DNA of 64,000 nt from Hydrogenophilales bacterium CG12_big_fil_rev_8_21_14_0_65_61_21. Lineage in GTDB: Bacteria; Pseudomonadota; Gammaproteobacteria; Burkholderiales; Thiobacillaceae. Each line of letters begins with the position of its first letter. Within the stretch, counting starts at the first letter, position 1. Shown in pieces: positions 44,136 to 53,387 of the stretch. The notes under the pieces were generated by a model. That model was not told the origin of the DNA. It did not search any database and worked only from the letters and a program-made list of their open reading frames with translations. The stretch spans positions 56-64,055 of the forward strand of contig PFGT01000074.1 in the NCBI GenBank assembly GCA_002782005.1, written 5' to 3'. Position numbers and translations under genes: made by a program.

Positions 44136-46184
44136 TTAGCTGGATAACATAGCTTTCAAGTCAGACATTTGGACTACCTCGGGTAGGCAATTCACGCCGG
44201 CGCAAACGAACCCGGTCGCTTGTTTCCGTTCCGGTTTGGTCAACGCCGCCGGCAAACCCGCCGTGCCGTTCGGAATGGCGCATATCAGCGTCCGGTCGGC
44301 GCCGGTCATGGCAATCTGCCGCAACCAGTCTTTCGTTTCGCCATCCGGACCTCGCAAGACCACGATGGTGGGTGGCGCGAGGTACTCAGCCAGGGCGGTC
44401 AACAGGCTTGGCGCCGGGGCTGGTTGACTGGCTAGCACCGACTGGAAGCAACGCAAGGCGCGCTCGCCGGCGGCCAGGTAGCGCGGCTCGCCGATCAAAT
44501 GCCCCAGCCGGAGCAGGGCCAGGGCGGCCATGCCGTTGCCGGAGGGCGTGGCCTGGTCTTGCCACGGCTTGGGGCGATGGATGAGCGGCTCGTGATCGTG
44601 GCTGGTGAAGTAGAAGCCGCCCTGTTCGGCATCTTCGAAGCGGGCCAGCAGGACATCGGCCAGCGCCTGCGCCCAGGTCAGGTCTGCGGGCCGGAACTCG
44701 GCCTGCAACAGCTCCAGCAGGGCGGCGAGCAGGAAGGCATAATCGTCCAGGTAGGCGTCGAGGTGGGCGCGTTCCCCCTGGTAGCTGGCGCGCAACCGAC
44801 CGTCGAGCCAGACCCGTTGCCTGAGTGCCTCGGCGGCCTGACGGGCCATCGCCAGCCAGTCGGGTCGATCCATGCGCCGCGCGGCACGGGCCAGGCCACG
44901 GATCGTCAAGGCATTCCAGCCGGTCAGCCGCTTGTCGTCGAGACCGGGCCGGGGCCGGCCGGCACGCGCCTCGAACAGCCGGGCGCGGGCATCATCAAGG
45001 CGGCGTTCGGCCTCGGCCAGCGAAATTCCAAGTTGTTCCGCAACCGCCGACAAGGGCTTGGCCACCGCCAGGTGCCAGTGTCTTCTCTCGAAGTTGGCGG
45101 CCTGGTCCAGGCCCCAATGCGGCGCGGCTACGGCGTATTCGTCCGCACTCAGCCGCGCCCGCGCCTGGTCAGGGGTCCAGACATAGAACCGGCCTTCTTC
45201 ATGCTCGGAATCGGCATCCAGCGCCGAGTAAAACAACCCTTCCGGCGAGCGCATCTCGCGCGCCAGCCAGGCCACGGTCATTTCCGCCGTTCGCGCGAAC
45301 AGCGGCTCCCGGGTTTGTGCCCAGGCATCGGCATAGAGGCCGAGCAGCGGGCCGTTGTCGTAGAGCATCTTCTCGAAGTGCGGGATGAGCCACAGGTCAT
45401 CCACCGAATAACGGTAAAAGCCGCCGCCGATCTGGTCGAAAAGGCCGCCCTGGGCCATCTGGGTCAAGGTGAACAGGACCTGATCGCGCGCCTCGGCATC
45501 GCCCCGGTGCAGCATGAACTCCAGTTCGGCCGGGCGCGGAAACTTGGGTGCGCCGCTATAGCCGCCCCGCACGGTATCGAAACCGGACTTGATAGTGGCC
45601 ACGGCAGCGTGGATGGGGCGATCGGTCAGGTCCAGCGGCGGCGGTGCGCCAGGCGTCAGATCGGCCAGCACCCGACGCACCTCGGCATTCTGTTGCTCGA
45701 TCTCGCCGCGTCGCGCCTGCCAGGCGTGGGCCACGTCTTCCAGCACCTGGGTAATACCGGGCAGGCCGAAGCGCGGCTCGCGCGGAAAATAGGTGCCGCC
45801 AAAAAACGGCGTCTGGTCGGGCGCCAGGAACAGGGTCAGCGGCCAGCCGCCGGCTCGCCCGGTCAACACCTGCAAGGCAGCCTGATAGATCTGGTCAAGG
45901 TCCGGGCGCTCTTCGCGGTCCACCTTGATATTGACGAACAGGCGATTCATTTGCGCGGCGACATCTGCGTTCTCGAACGATTCGTGAGCCATGACATGGC
46001 ACCAATGACAGGACGAATAGCCGATCGATAGCAGAATGGGCTTGCCCTCGCGGCGAGCCAGGGCCAACGCCGCCGGCCCCCAGGGATACCAATCGACCGG
46101 ATTATCCTGGTGCTGAAGCAGATAAGGGCTGGTTTCGTGGGCGAGTGCGTTGACCATGGCAGACATCGATAGTGAAAGGCCCAC
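44136..46184 (-). CDS. Thioredoxin-domain (DUF255) protein of the YyaL/SSP411 family
   Basis: N-terminal DUF255 region ([20 protein letters not shown]...[16 protein letters not shown]) followed by an (alpha/alpha)6-barrel-like region. Confidence 0.85.
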   Translation of the reverse strand: MGLSLSMSAMVNALAHETSPYLLQHQDNPVDWYPWGPAALALARREGKPILLSIGYSSCHWCHVMAHESFENADVAAQMNRLFVNIKVDREERPDLDQIYQAALQVLTGRAGGWPLTLFLAPDQTPFFGGTYFPREPRFGLPGITQVLEDVAHAWQARRGEIEQQNAEVRRVLADLTPGAPPPLDLTDRPIHAAVATIKSGFDTVRGGYSGAPKFPRPAELEFMLHRGDAEARDQVLFTLTQMAQGGLFDQIGGGFYRYSVDDLWLIPHFEKMLYDNGPLLGLYADAWAQTREPLFARTAEMTVAWLAREMRSPEGLFYSALDADSEHEEGRFYVWTPDQARARLSADEYAVAAPHWGLDQAANFERRHWHLAVAKPLSAVAEQLGISLAEAERRLDDARARLFEARAGRPRPGLDDKRLTGWNALTIRGLARAARRMDRPDWLAMARQAAEALRQRVWLDGRLRASYQGERAHLDAYLDDYAFLLAALLELLQAEFRPADLTWAQALADVLLARFEDAEQGGFYFTSHDHEPLIHRPKPWQDQATPSGNGMAALALLRLGHLIGEPRYLAAGERALRCFQSVLASQPAPAPSLLTALAEYLAPPTIVVLRGPDGETKDWLRQIAMTGADRTLICAIPNGTAGLPAALTKPERKQATGFVCAGVNCLPEVVQMSDLKAMLSS

Positions 46185-46226
46185 AGTTTAGGGCTAATCG
46201 GTCAATCCCGACAAATTTAATCGGGT

Positions 46227-46664
46227 TTATTTGCCTTTTGCGACCAGCCTAAAACTAGCATGGCAGGCATTGCAGTTTTGCAGGGTCTCACTCAACTGCT
46301 GCAGGCTGTGGCCGGTATCGCCCAGGCCCTCGGCATCGATGGCCAGGTTGTCGAAACCCATATGCGTGGCATGGCCCATTTGCTTGAACGCCATGGGGAA
46401 TTTCTTGCGCAGGCTCATCGGCACATGGTTGGCGCCGGCCATACCCAAGGCGCGCGCGGCCTTGGCCACCGCCTTCATATCGTTGTCGGCAAGACCTCGG
46501 CTGATTTCCTGGACGCCTTCGAGAAAACCGCGCATTTCTTCATTCACTGCCGCCGCCTCGGTAGCGCTGAGGGTTAACGGCGTGCGGGCATCCTCGGCGT
46601 GGGCAGGGAGGACGGCGAGACAGAGTGCGGTGCAGAGCAGATAGCGCATGGCGGGGGCTTTCAT
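46227..46664 (-). CDS. Class II (four-helix-bundle) c-type cytochrome, cytochrome c'/c556-like
   Basis: Signal peptide and a helical protein with a single heme site very near the C-terminus (LQNCNACHASFR). The start is either 46664 (ATGA overlap with bioA) or 46649 (MRYLL). Confidence 0.75.
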   Translation of the reverse strand: MKAPAMRYLLCTALCLAVLPAHAEDARTPLTLSATEAAAVNEEMRGFLEGVQEISRGLADNDMKAVAKAARALGMAGANHVPMSLRKKFPMAFKQMGHATHMGFDNLAIDAEGLGDTGHSLQQLSETLQNCNACHASFRLVAKGK

Positions 46665-47977
46665 AGTGTTTGCAAAATATTGAGCGTGACGTCGGCCATC
46701 AGCCGCATCTCCGGCGCCTCGATAACATAGGGTGGCATGAAATAGACTGTGCTGCCGATGGGCCGGATGAACAGGCCTTGGGCCAGCGCCAGGCGATGGC
46801 AGTTCCGGCCGAACCCGGGCGGCGCATCGGCGACGTCGAAGGCCCAGATCATACCGGTCTGGCGGAAATGGCGCACCCTGGGGTGACTACGCACCTCGGC
46901 TAACAAGGAGGTGAGATGTTCCGCACGGACCCGGTTGGCCTCGATCACGCTGTCCTGCTCGAAGATGTCCAGCACCGCCAGCGCCGCCCGGCAGGCCAGC
47001 GGGTTGCCGGTGTAGGAATGGGAATGGAGAAAACCCTGCGCACTGTCATCGTGGTAAAAGGCGGCGTAGACCTGATCCGTGGTGAGCACGGCGGACAGCG
47101 GCAGATAGCCGCCGGTGATGCCTTTGGACAGACAGATGAAATCGGGCCGGATGTCGGCCTGCTCGCACGCGAAAAATGTCCCGGTGCGGCCGAAGCCGAC
47201 CGCGATCTCGTCAGCGATCAGGTGGACGCCATGGCGGTCGCACACCTCGCGCGCCGTGGTCAGATAGACCGGGTGATGCATGGCCATCCCGGCCGCGCCT
47301 TGCACCAGGGGCTCAACGATGACGGCGGCCGTGGTATCGGCATGGGCGGCGAGATAGCCATCCAGATCGGCGGCGGCGCGCAGGGCATAAGCCTCGGCCG
47401 ACTCGCCCGGCTCGGCCAGCCGCCAGTCGGGCGACATGGCCTGATGGCTGGGCCGCAGCAGCGGCGCATAGGTTGCCTTGAACAGGGCGACATCGGTGAC
47501 CGACAGCGCGCCCAGGGTTTCGCCGTGATAAGCATGCTGCAGGCTGACGAAGCCGGTCTTTGCCGGCTGGCCGGAATTGCGCCAGTAATGGAAGCTCATC
47601 TTCAGGGCGATCTCGGTCGCCGAGGCACCGTCGGAACCGTAGAAGGCGTGACCCAGCCCGGTCAGCCAGGCCAGGCGCTCCGACAATTCCACCACCGGGG
47701 CATGGGTGCAACCGGCCAGCATGACGTGCTCGATTTTGCCGAGCTGATCGACGATGGCGGCATTGATGCGCGGCTCGGCATGGCCGAACAGGTTCACCCA
47801 CCAGGACGAAATGGCATCGAGATAGCGCCGGCCGTCATAGTCGATCAGCCACGGCCCTTCGCCCCGCTCGATCGGCAACGGTGGCGTCGCGGCCAACTGC
47901 TTCATCTGGGTACAGGGGTGCCAGAGGGCGGCTTGGGTACGGTCTAGCCAGGCAGTGTTACTGGTGCAAGCGTTCAT
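46661..47977 (-). CDS. bioA: Adenosylmethionine-8-amino-7-oxononanoate aminotransferase
   Basis: Class III PLP aminotransferase with BioA-like blocks (HPCTQMK, LIADEIAVGFGRTG, CLSKGITGGYLPL). Confidence 0.9.
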   Translation of the reverse strand: MNACTSNTAWLDRTQAALWHPCTQMKQLAATPPLPIERGEGPWLIDYDGRRYLDAISSWWVNLFGHAEPRINAAIVDQLGKIEHVMLAGCTHAPVVELSERLAWLTGLGHAFYGSDGASATEIALKMSFHYWRNSGQPAKTGFVSLQHAYHGETLGALSVTDVALFKATYAPLLRPSHQAMSPDWRLAEPGESAEAYALRAAADLDGYLAAHADTTAAVIVEPLVQGAAGMAMHHPVYLTTAREVCDRHGVHLIADEIAVGFGRTGTFFACEQADIRPDFICLSKGITGGYLPLSAVLTTDQVYAAFYHDDSAQGFLHSHSYTGNPLACRAALAVLDIFEQDSVIEANRVRAEHLTSLLAEVRSHPRVRHFRQTGMIWAFDVADAPPGFGRNCHRLALAQGLFIRPIGSTVYFMPPYVIEAPEMRLMADVTLNILQTL

Positions 47978-48134
47978 TTTTCGTCTTGTAGCCTTGGGGT
48001 TAATGCTGATTTGATTCGCCGCCGAAATTGTGGGCCAGTTCGCCGTTATGACGCCGAATAGTCCGTTGCGGGATGTTGCATCAGCGAAATTATGTAGCTA
48101 TTTGATTTTTCGCGACAAAAAAATTTACAACGTT

Positions 48135-48169
48135 AAACCATGGATGGTTTCTTGCAACAAAGTGCAACA
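48135..48169. promoter_or_regulatory. Candidate upstream activator sites: palindrome AAACCAT-GG-ATGGTTT and direct repeat TGCAACA-N3-TGCAACA
   Basis: Palindrome at 48135-48150. The TGCAACA copies start at 48153 and 48163, one helical turn apart. They lie 55-90 nt upstream of the sigma54 -24 element. Confidence 0.35.
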
Positions 48170-48221
48170 TTAAGCAGCACTGATTCGAACGCTATAAACA
48201 TATAAATCAATTAGATACAGA

Positions 48222-48237
48222 TGGCACGGGGTTTGCC
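48222..48237 (+). promoter_or_regulatory. Sigma54 (-24/-12) promoter
   Basis: TGGCAC-GGGGT-TTGCC gives an exact GG-N10-GC geometry and a near-consensus match to TGGCAC-N5-TTGCW. It is intergenic, on the correct strand, and about 160 nt upstream of the Gly/Trp-repeat gene. Confidence 0.7.
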
Positions 48238-48397
48238 AGGGGTTAAAACGTGGGTTTGCCCAACATAGCGACAAAACCCGTCATTTACCCGAGTCGAACG
48301 AGCGCCTGGAAACGGCCGGTCGCCGGCATCGAGTAAGTGAATAGGCTGCTTGATAGTGAGCAGAAGAAAGGCCATTCAACCTTGAAAGGAGAAAAAA

Positions 48398-48844
48398 TTG
48401 AAATTCAATATTCTTGGCAAACAGAAATTGCTGGTTCTTGCCATGCTTGCCGGGCTCTCATACGGCGGTCTGGCAGCCGCCGCTCCCTGGGGTGGCCCGG
48501 GTTGGGGCGGTCCGGGATATGGCTACGGCCCCGGCTGGGGCGGACCTGGCTATGGCAATGGCTGGAACAACGGCTGGGGCAATAACGGCTGGGGCAACGG
48601 CTGGGGCAACGGCAACGGCTGGGGCAACGGTCGAGGTTGGGGCAACGGGCGCGGCTGGGGCAACGGCAACGCCAATTTCGGTTTCAACATGGGCGGCGAC
48701 GGCTGGGGTTGGGGTAACGGCAACGGCAATACCTGGGATGGCTGGAACGGCAACAACGGTTGGGGCAACGGCTGGAACAATGGCTGGGGCAACAATGGCT
48801 GGGGTGGGCCGGGCTGGGGACCCTGGCGTAGCGGCTGGTGGTAA
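48398..48844 (+). CDS. Secreted Gly/Trp/Asn-repeat protein (no family recognised)
   Basis: TTG start 5 nt after AGGAGA. Signal peptide MKFNILGKQKLLVLAMLAGLSYGGLAAAA. The mature part consists of GWGNG/GWNNG/GRGWGNG repeats capped by GGPGWGGPGYG-type segments. Confidence 0.7.
   Translation: MKFNILGKQKLLVLAMLAGLSYGGLAAAAPWGGPGWGGPGYGYGPGWGGPGYGNGWNNGWGNNGWGNGWGNGNGWGNGRGWGNGRGWGNGNANFGFNMGGDGWGWGNGNGNTWDGWNGNNGWGNGWNNGWGNNGWGGPGWGPWRSGWW
48490..48835 (+). repeat. Imperfect in-frame tandem repeats (GGCTGGGGCAAC[GGC] units) encoding the GW(G/N)N(G) repeats
   Basis: Visible directly, e.g. ggctggggcaacggctggggcaacggcaacggctggggcaacgg at about 48590-48635. This is a coding low-complexity repeat, not a CRISPR array. 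Confidence 0.85.
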
Positions 48845-48855
48845 TCACCCAGCGT

Positions 48856-48884
48856 CCTATTGGGCGGCGCTGCCGCCCAATAGG
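48856..48884. terminator. Perfect 13-bp hairpin between convergent genes
   Basis: CCTATTGGGCGGC-GCT-GCCGCCCAATAGG. There is no flanking T- or A-tract, so it may be a rho-independent-like or REP-like element. Confidence 0.45.
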
Positions 48885-48924
48885 ACAATGTGAGTCGCCT
48901 GCTGCATCAGGATCAGAAGCCGCC

Positions 48925-49842
48925 TTACCGGCTCTGGGTGACGTCGGTCGCTAAGCCATCCTGGCGCTGTATCGCCTCAATTGTGCGCGGCCAGTCGATC
49001 CGGTCTGCCAGTCCATAGTCGCGCGCCTGCCTCCGTATTTCATCCAGCGGCACGATGCCCCGTTTATAGACATCGGGATGGACCTCGACGTACACCCTGC
49101 CGTCCTGGGTTTCCGCGAGCAAGGTGGTGCGGTATGCCAATGCCACGTCGGCGCCAACCTCGGCCCCTTGGGAAAGTGTCTCGATGTCGTCCGGGTGGGC
49201 GCGAATGCAGCCGTGACTCTGGAAGCCATAGACGCTGGCCGGCGAGATGGTGCCGTGGATGCCATAGCCGACGGCGCTCAAACTGATCCAGTGCCGGCCT
49301 AGCGGATTTTTTGGCCCAGGTGGCACGCGAGTAATGACCTCCTTGCCCTCCTCCCGCATTTCTTCTTGTATCGAGAGCGGCACCAGCCATGACTTATCGG
49401 TTTGCAAGTCGACCACTTTGAAATTCCCCGTCGGAGTTGGCCAATCGGGCTTGCCTACCCCGACGGGGAATGCGGCGGCCAGCGCACCTTTCTGGAAAAA
49501 GAACAACATACGCTGCGGTAGATTGATGACTATCCCGTTCTCGCGCCATTCCGGGACGATATGCAGGTTGTCGATCCAGAGCGCGTCGCCGGCTGCGAGC
49601 GGCACCTTGCGATCCAGGTTGTTGGCCTTGGCCAGGATGGTTGCGGAAACGCCGAAACGAGCGCCGACCCGGCTCAGCCGGTCGCCCGATTGCGCGACAT
49701 ACGGAAAGACTCCACCAACGATTGCATGTGAAAACGCGCTACCCTCTTCGGCAAGGACATTCGATCCGAAGACCAATAGAGCGAGGCTAACAAGGATGCT
49801 TGAGGATTTCATGGTGGGCGTAAGTTCATTCAATGCGGGCAT
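48925..49842 (-). CDS. L,D-transpeptidase (YkuD domain) with a LysM domain
   Basis: LysM region (GDRLSRVGARFGVSATILAKANNL) and YkuD catalytic region (YGIHGT...SHGCIRAHPDD). Signal peptide present. Confidence 0.85.
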   Translation of the reverse strand: MPALNELTPTMKSSSILVSLALLVFGSNVLAEEGSAFSHAIVGGVFPYVAQSGDRLSRVGARFGVSATILAKANNLDRKVPLAAGDALWIDNLHIVPEWRENGIVINLPQRMLFFFQKGALAAAFPVGVGKPDWPTPTGNFKVVDLQTDKSWLVPLSIQEEMREEGKEVITRVPPGPKNPLGRHWISLSAVGYGIHGTISPASVYGFQSHGCIRAHPDDIETLSQGAEVGADVALAYRTTLLAETQDGRVYVEVHPDVYKRGIVPLDEIRRQARDYGLADRIDWPRTIEAIQRQDGLATDVTQSR

Positions 49843-49891
49843 TATCCGATGGACCGATAGTCCGAGCTGGCAAACCTTAATAAGTTCACCT

Positions 49892-49921
49892 CTTGAAATT
49901 CCCTGACTCAGTCCCTATTAT
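49892..49921 (+). promoter_or_regulatory. groESL promoter (fits both sigma32 and sigma70 patterns)
   Basis: CTTGAAA-N14-CCCTATTAT resembles the sigma32 pattern CTTGAAA/CCCCATNT. The same DNA reads TTGAAA-N17-TATTAT for sigma70. Confidence 0.55.
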
Positions 49922-49948
49922 CTAGCACTCAAAGCGCCAGAGTGCTAA
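49922..49948 (+). promoter_or_regulatory. CIRCE operator (HrcA binding site)
   Basis: CTAGCACTC-AAAGCGCCA-GAGTGCTAA against the consensus TTAGCACTC-N9-GAGTGCTAA (one mismatch). It lies 64 nt upstream of groES. Confidence 0.85.
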
Positions 49949-50011
49949 CAGTCTGGTCCGTTTGTTAACCCCGATTTATGTATCCAGCAAATCTCAGTCA
50001 AGGAGGAATCG

Positions 50012-50302
50012 ATGAAAATCCGCCCTTTGCATGACCGCGTCATCGTCAAGCGCATGGAAGAAGAACGTAAGACCGCTTCCGGTATTGTCATACCCGACAC
50101 CGCCGCCGAGAAGCCCGACCAAGGCGAAGTCGTCGCCGTTGGCCCCGGCAAGCGCGACGACAGCGGCAAGCTGATCGCCATGGAACTGAAGGTCGGCGAC
50201 CGCGTGCTGTTCGGCAAGTATGCCGGCCAGACCGTCAAGGTCAAAGGCGACGAGCTTCTGGTCATGCGTGAAGAAGACATCATGGGCGTGGTCGAGAAGT
50301 AA
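50012..50302 (+). CDS. groES: Co-chaperonin GroES
   Basis: [14 protein letters not shown]...[11 protein letters not shown], with SD AAGGAGG. Confidence 0.98.
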   Translation: MKIRPLHDRVIVKRMEEERKTASGIVIPDTAAEKPDQGEVVAVGPGKRDDSGKLIAMELKVGDRVLFGKYAGQTVKVKGDELLVMREEDIMGVVEK

Positions 50303-50349
50303 TTTTCGCGCCCTTAACACCTGGATTCCCGCCAGCGCGGGAATGATGA

Positions 50350-52026
<1,677 letters not shown>

Positions 52027-52054
52027 GCGCTCGTCAGCACGGCTTCAGTAAGCA

Positions 52055-52090
52055 AAAAGCCCCAAGGCCTACCGGCCTTGGGGCTTTTTT
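52055..52090. terminator. Bidirectional rho-independent terminator (groEL / dsbA)
   Basis: AAAAGCCCCAAGGCC-TACC-GGCCTTGGGGCTTTTTT. The stem is about 11 bp, with an A-tract upstream and a T-tract downstream. Confidence 0.9.
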
Positions 52091-52121
52091 GTGCGTCCGA
52101 GATTCAGACTGGCTCGAAGGT

Positions 52122-52781
52122 TTATTTCCGCTTCTTGGCCTTGTTAGTCTTAGCCGGCGTGGATTCCATCTTGATTAACGCATCGACCACCGCCAGGGTC
52201 TTCTCATGGCTGCCGGTCATGGAGGCGGAGGTCAGGTATTTGCCATTGACCGCCAGGGCCGGCACACCCTCAAGCTTGTAGGCCCGGGCTAATGCCTTGG
52301 CCCGGGCAATGTCGGCGTTGACGGTAAAGGACTCATAGGCGGCCTTCAGCTTGGCTCGATCCAGACCATGCTTTGCGCCCCAGTCGAAGAAGGTGTCGGG
52401 GTCCATCAGCTTCTTGTCCTCGACGTGGATGGCGTTAAAGACATCATCGTGCAGCTTGTCGACCGCACCCAGCGCCTTCAGGGCGAAATAGACCCGGGCC
52501 ATGGGTTCCCAACTATCGGAAAAGATGACCGGCTGACGTTTGAGGACGACGTTTTTGGGTAATTTTCTGGCCCAGGCGTTGAGCGTCGGCTCTAAAACGA
52601 AGCAATGCGGACAGGTGTAGGCGAAAAACTCGATTACCTCGACCTTGCCCTTGCTATCGGTCGGCTGTGCCGGCGATAGAAGCTGGTAATCCTTACCGGC
52701 GTCCAGCGCCGCAGCGGTCATCGGCAGGGTAGCCAAGGGCAGGGCAATCGCGAGGGCGGCGACTAAATTGGCAAAACGCAT
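52122..52781 (-). CDS. dsbA: Thiol:disulfide interchange protein DsbA
   Basis: Signal peptide and CPHC active site (FFAYTCPHCF). Confidence 0.9.
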   Translation of the reverse strand: MRFANLVAALAIALPLATLPMTAAALDAGKDYQLLSPAQPTDSKGKVEVIEFFAYTCPHCFVLEPTLNAWARKLPKNVVLKRQPVIFSDSWEPMARVYFALKALGAVDKLHDDVFNAIHVEDKKLMDPDTFFDWGAKHGLDRAKLKAAYESFTVNADIARAKALARAYKLEGVPALAVNGKYLTSASMTGSHEKTLAVVDALIKMESTPAKTNKAKKRK

Positions 52782-52790
52782 GTGTATCTC

Positions 52791-53378
52791 CTATGGGTTA
52801 ACGGCTTCTTTGAGTGGTCTGGCCTCGAATTTGTTCTCGGCTAGTTTTTTTTGCGCCGAATCGGCGGCTGCCTGGTCGCTGAATGGGCCGACCCGGACCC
52901 GGTAGAGCATGGTCTCGTTCTGGGTCGTTGGCTCAACCACGACGCTGAAATTGAGCAGGGCCAGCTTGGCCCGCAGCGCATCGGCATCACTGGCATTCTT
53001 CAAGGCTGCAACCTGCAACCACCAGCGTTCGACATTCGGTTTTGCCGGCAAGGGCTTGGGTGCCCGATCACCGGGCAGAATGTCGTAGAAGGTATAGTTC
53101 GGGGCATCGGCCTTATCTGGCCCGGCGGGCGTGTCCAGGCCGGCATCGGCTGGCTTGGCCGGGGTGACGATCGCGGCCGGCGGCGGCTGCAACTCGGGGG
53201 CGGACGCCGCCGGTTTGAAATCCTGCGACCGGGGCCACAAGAGCCAGAGCAGCGCGCCGGCCAGCAGCAGACTTAGCAAGATGCCGAGCAGCACGCCCTT
53301 GAATAGACCGCCGCTCTTGCGCCCGTGTTGGGCATAGCCGCCCCGCCTGGATTCGTTGTCTTTATAGTCGCGCGCCAC
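52791..53378 (-). CDS. SPOR-domain cell-division protein (DedD/FtsN-like)
   Basis: N-terminal TM anchor, Pro/Ala-rich linker and C-terminal SPOR domain (WWLQVAALKNASDADALRAKL...YRVRVGPF). Confidence 0.8.
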   Translation of the reverse strand: MARDYKDNESRRGGYAQHGRKSGGLFKGVLLGILLSLLLAGALLWLLWPRSQDFKPAASAPELQPPPAAIVTPAKPADAGLDTPAGPDKADAPNYTFYDILPGDRAPKPLPAKPNVERWWLQVAALKNASDADALRAKLALLNFSVVVEPTTQNETMLYRVRVGPFSDQAAADSAQKKLAENKFEARPLKEAVNP

Positions 53379-53387
53379 GTCACCCTC

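Noticed and set aside
44499-46031. Very long ORFs antisense to real genes. Examples are 44499-46031 (510 aa), 6788-7918, 20306-21460, 40593-41561, 12804-13817, 46916-47947, 18989-19873 and 25953-26780.
   Set aside because: These are typical high-GC shadow ORFs. They are Arg/Gly/Ala/Pro/His/Asp-rich with no recognisable motifs. Each lies opposite a gene whose product has unmistakable family signatures.
48100-48170. BirA operator for the divergent bioA gene.
   Set aside because: Half-site-like pieces (GTTAAACC, GGTTTC) are present. Their spacing and sequence do not match the TTGTAAACC-N14/16-GGTTTACAA pattern. The palindrome is better placed as an upstream site for the sigma54 promoter.
48490-48840. 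Short tandem DNA repeats that could be mistaken for a CRISPR array or a VNTR. The alternative-frame ORFs 48414-48893 (plus strand) and 48550-48888 (minus strand, Pro/Gln/Leu-rich) were also considered.
   Set aside because: The repeat units are 12-15 nt, contiguous and without spacers. They lie in frame within an ORF that has an RBS and a signal peptide. The other frames lack both.
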